In this document: positions 60,507-64,000 of the stretch, piece by piece | Numbering within the stretch: the stretch's first letter is position 1 | How the letters are laid out: each line of letters starts with the position of its first letter | NCBI RefSeq assembly: GCF_009914755.1 | Contig: NC_060942.1 | Source of the DNA: the human T2T-CHM13v2.0 reference genome, Homo sapiens | Reading direction: 5' to 3' (one strand) | DNA: 64,000 bases | Notes under the pieces: generated by a model | What the model was told of the DNA's origin: nothing | What the model saw: only the letters and a program-made list of their open reading frames with translations | Database searches by the model: none | Made by a program: the position numbers and the translations under genes

Positions 60507-60586
60507 TGAAGATTATTTCACTGGTGTTAAATAATGATGATGATTCTGAAGATTATTTCACTGGTGTTAAATGATGATGATGACTT
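60507..60586. repeat. 40-bp tandem duplication
   Basis: tgaagattatttcactggtgttaaat(a/g)atgatgatga.. x2. Confidence 0.95.
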
Positions 60587-60764
60587 GATAACAATACCTT
60601 ACCCAAGGCCACACAGACAGCAAATGACTTGGGCAGGATTTGAACCCAGATTTACCTGGTGTCAAAGCCTCAGGTCTTGTCACCATACCACACCGTTCTT
60701 GGACAAAGAGGTTGTGAACACAGCCACACAAACATTACTCATCACACCACTGCTGCACGCAGCT

Positions 60765-61210
60765 CCCTAGGACAGTATTTGGGCCTCTGCAGAGGAATGA
60801 GACGATGGGGCCCTGGGCCTTGTGCCAGCATTTACAATCCAGGGTTGCAATGCAGGGAATCAGCCACAGTGAAGCAACCCGGAGATCTGCAAGCACAGGA
60901 AGGCACCACCACCCTTGATACGAGGCAGTGGAGGACGAAAAGCTACCAGGAGGAGTAGTCCATCCAGTGATGGCTGGAACCTCAGAAATCCACTCCTCAC
61001 AGAGACCCAGCCACTGCCAGAGAAGCCGCCTGCAGCAGAGAGAGTAAGAAATAACCTGGTTTCTTCCTTCTGGGTCCACTCCCATCTCCTGACAGCACCT
61101 CCACTGGCCAAACCCAATCAGCAAACCCAGCGGCCTGGAAACCCACACTTCCACTCACATCAGAGTAGCAGAGGGGCAAGACTGGATCTGAGGGCACGCA
61201 GATGAAAACA
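60765..61210 (-). mobile_element. LTR33-like ERVL LTR
   Basis: 'cctccactggccaaacccaatcagcaaacccag', 'cagagtagcagaggggcaagactggatctgagggc'. Confidence 0.6.
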
Positions 61211-61334
61211 GGCACGCCCATGCTGGGTTTTGTTATTTCACAGAATAAGCACTCTATGGTTCCCTTAAATAGTAAATCCTCTATTACCTTTAGATTAATT
61301 TGATTTAACAGAAAAAGAATTTAAAATCAAGTAT

Positions 61335-61428
61335 TTCCTTTCTTTGCTCCCTCCTTCCCTTCCTCCCTTCCCTTCCCTTCTTTCCCTCCCTCCCTCCCTG
61401 CCTCCTTCCCTCCCTTCCTTCCTTCCCA
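61335..61428. repeat. CT-rich polypyrimidine tract
   Basis: (CCTT)/(CCCT)-like run. Confidence 0.9.
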
Positions 61429-61727
61429 TTTTTTTGAGACAGGGTTTCACTCCCATCACCCAGGCTGGAGTGCAGTGGCATGATCATGGCTCACTGCAAC
61501 CTCCCCTCCTGGGCTTGAGGGAGCCTCCTGCCTCAGCCTCTCAAGTAGCTGGAACTACAGGTGTATGCCACCATGCCCAGCTTATTTTTGTATTTTTGTG
61601 TTTTTTTGGTAGAGACAGGATTTTGCCATGTTGCCCAGGCTGATCTCCAACTCCTGAGCTCAAGCTATCTGCCCACCTTGGCCTCCCAAAATGCTGGGAT
61701 TACAGGCGTGAGCCACCACGCCTGGAC
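61429..61727 (-). mobile_element. Alu (AluJ-like)
   Basis: Antisense dimer. Confidence 0.94.
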
Positions 61728-61854
61728 CACTTTTTCTTTTTCTTTTCTTTTCTTTTTTTTTTTTTGAGTGACTTTAAAAAACATCTATTATGCAATCAGA
61801 TATCTCTTTATACCTGTAACTCACTGAATACTGGAAAACAAAGAAGGCATTATT

Positions 61855-62010
61855 GGCTGGGCTGGGTGGTGCATGCCTGTAGTCCCAGCTACTTGGGAGG
61901 CTGAGGTGGGAAGATGGCTTAAGCCCAGGAAGTTTGACTTCAGTCTGGGCAACATAGCAAGACCCCATCTCTTTAAAAAAAAAAGGAAGAAAAAAGAAAA
62001 AAAAAGAGAA
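61855..62010 (+). mobile_element. FLAM
   Basis: Alu monomer plus A-rich tail. Confidence 0.88.
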
Positions 62011-62299
62011 AGCATTGATTGAATACTTCCTTACAAAGGGCTAGTAGTCTCATTTGCCAGGCTAATAATAAGTAGTAAGGAGGATGAATTTTATCTGACT
62101 TATTACCTGAAAGAAAGAGAAGCTGGCTGCAAATCCTATAGTCATCAAGCTACTGTCTTTAGAAGACTAGCGTATTGAAACTTTTTTGGGGGGCCCTTTC
62201 TTTGAGTGTATATGGTATGAGAAGCTGGCAAGCTTGTGCTGAGAGTCCTGGCCATAATTCTTCGGAAATGTGAGGGTGTGGGAGGCTTCAGAGCCTCTG

Positions 62300-64000
62300 G
62301 AGGAAGTTCTAGGCAGAGGTCAGTTGTGCTCTGGCCCGACCGCGGGCCCCCTCCCACGGAAGAGCAGAGCTAGAGGGCCCTCTGGGGACAGCAGGCCCGG
62401 CGCCAGCGGTGGCCAACACCTCTCAAGCCTTTCGAGGTGTGCCGTCATCCACGCCCACCGTGGAGCCAACAGTGTCCTTCTCCCAACGCTGGAGAAACGG
62501 CTAGGGCATTAGCCTCAAAGGAGATTAAGGAATTGGATTTCGTAGAGATTGGATTTCGTGCGTGCTGTCTCCCATTCAGAGGCATTCCCAGAAAAACGAC
62601 TCACAAAGACCACAACAGCAGCAGAGCAGGCGAGGTCTCAGTGCCCCCAGAGCTCAGCCAGGGCGAGGCAGGACGACTTCGGGGCAGGGCTCTCCTGACG
62701 TAGGGATTACAACAAAAGGGTTCATCCTGCATTTTTTGAAGGAGATGGCTAAGTAGGGTAAATCTGTGGTTAAGATCACAGACTTTGGAGTCGATTTTTT
62801 CCTCCTATTTTTGCGAGTCGGCCCCCTCTTCTCTGTCCCTGCTCCCAAGGCCCCCTCACCGCGCATACTGCCACAGCCGCTCGCAGCTCCCGTGGCCCAC
62901 CTCCCTCTCCTCCAGGTTGCTGCCCCCGGGGTCTTTTTGAGCACATCAGATCATCTTGCTCAGAATACCCCGTGGCTACCGCCTCTAGGATAATGCCCAA
63001 CGGCCTTGGTAGGATATTTGGTGCCACACACCCTCCAGTCTCCCCTCTAATCCCTAACCTACCTGCCTCCCCGCCCAGGGGCCCTGCTCTCTGCAGGCTC
63101 TACTGTGTCCTGGGCCCTCAGCTGAGAGACCAACCCGTCCTTCCAGGAAAATGCGAGCCTCACCAGGCAGGGTTATGCTCCCGCCCTCCTCCTTGTAATT
63201 ATTACCTGACCCTCTGCCTCCTGCAACGCCAGGGCTGGAGGACAGGCTGGCCCTTATTCCTATGGGCACTGGCCAACATCCAACGCCTGGGACATAAACT
63301 GCACCCAATGGTATGTGAACTGTACTTTACAGTTTGCACGGTGTGTTCTGGTATTTGCTAAATCTTCACACATGCTCAGGTGGCAGTACGTTTTAATGAT
63401 ACAGGCGAGGGAACTGGGGCTCAGAAAGGTCTAGTGCCTTGCGCATGGGAGACTCAAGTGGTAGAACCGGTGGCCGGGCTCAGGGCTCTGAGCGGAAAGC
63501 CTGCAGGACTCGGAATCCTGAAGACCTGGGTTTAAACCCGCTCAGCTAGGGACTGGGTGAGGCATCGCAGGCAAGTGACTTCACCTCCCAGCGCCGGTGC
63601 CCTAGTCTTCACCGAAGACAGCAATTCCAATCTGGGACTGTGGTGAGGCTTAAATAAAACACTGCTCAGTAAGTGGCCAGCAGGCCTGGCTCGCAGCCGG
63701 AACTATAAATGTGAGTTCCCTTTCTGACCCCCAGCTTTGGCGAGGGCTCCTCCTGTTTGGGCAGCAGCTCCTCCTGAGCTCCCGAGGCCACGGGGGTGCC
63801 AACTGTGGAGCGCCCGCCGTGCCGTTTAGACGCGAGAGCTGCGTCGGGTACCAGCGATCCTTAAAGGAGCTCGGGGACCAGGGGCACAGCTTGGAGAGGA
63901 CAGCGAGGGAGGTGACTGGCCTCGGGGAGGCGGGCGGCGGATGGAGAGGCATGAGGGGGGTGTTGTCAGCCGCGGCACACGCCTTCCCCAAGTGGCCGGC
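62300..64000. promoter_or_regulatory. CpG-enriched shore rising to a CpG island at the window end (likely promoter of an adjacent gene)
   Basis: CpG density climbs from ~62.3 kb and is highest at 63.5-64 kb; GC-box ggggaggcgggcgg ~63924. Confidence 0.72.
63385..63680. mobile_element. Two MIR fragments in opposite orientation
   Basis: Minus 'gaactggggctcagaaaggtctagtgccttgcgcatgg'; plus 'gaagacctgggtttaaacccg...ggcaagtgacttcacctc...gtggtgaggcttaaataa'. Confidence 0.6.

Noticed and set aside
60530-60590. Box C (ATGATGA) and box D (CTGA) motifs suggesting a C/D snoRNA
   Set aside because: Motifs arise from an (ATG)n run and duplication; wrong spacing and no terminal stem.
63650-63991. 113-aa minus-strand ORF in the CpG island
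   Set aside because: TTG start, low-complexity Pro/Ala/Ser content, runs into MIR sequence; no known protein recognised.

Overview
Primate (human-like) genomic DNA, apparently intergenic or intronic, with no supportable intact protein-coding gene. Much of the window is interspersed repeat: about 44 Alu/FLAM copies, a near-full-length but crippled L1PA7/8-type element (5470-11134) nested in older L1M sequence, a two-LTR ERV1 (MER4-group) provirus on the minus strand (25979-33550; tRNA-Leu PBS), several solo LTRs (MER51, MER21, MST, LOR1-like, LTR33-like), and MER5/MER94/Tigger1/MADE1 DNA-transposon fossils, MIRs and L2s. A processed TOMM20 pseudogene lies on the minus strand (46283-47501). Unique sequence includes CpG-rich regions at ~17.9-19.25 kb and ~62.3-64 kb (the latter runs off the window end), a perfect RFX X-box, a strong CTCF motif and a bHLH-PAS motif cluster. 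The most unusual observations are an AluY carrying strand-biased A>G changes (possibly retrotransposed from hyper-edited RNA), a composite Alu/unique/Alu insert inside one TSD, and a microhomology deletion removing the L1 RT catalytic FADD motif. I found no convincing new multi-gene system. Repeat subfamily names come from recalled consensus sequences and need RepeatMasker/Dfam confirmation.
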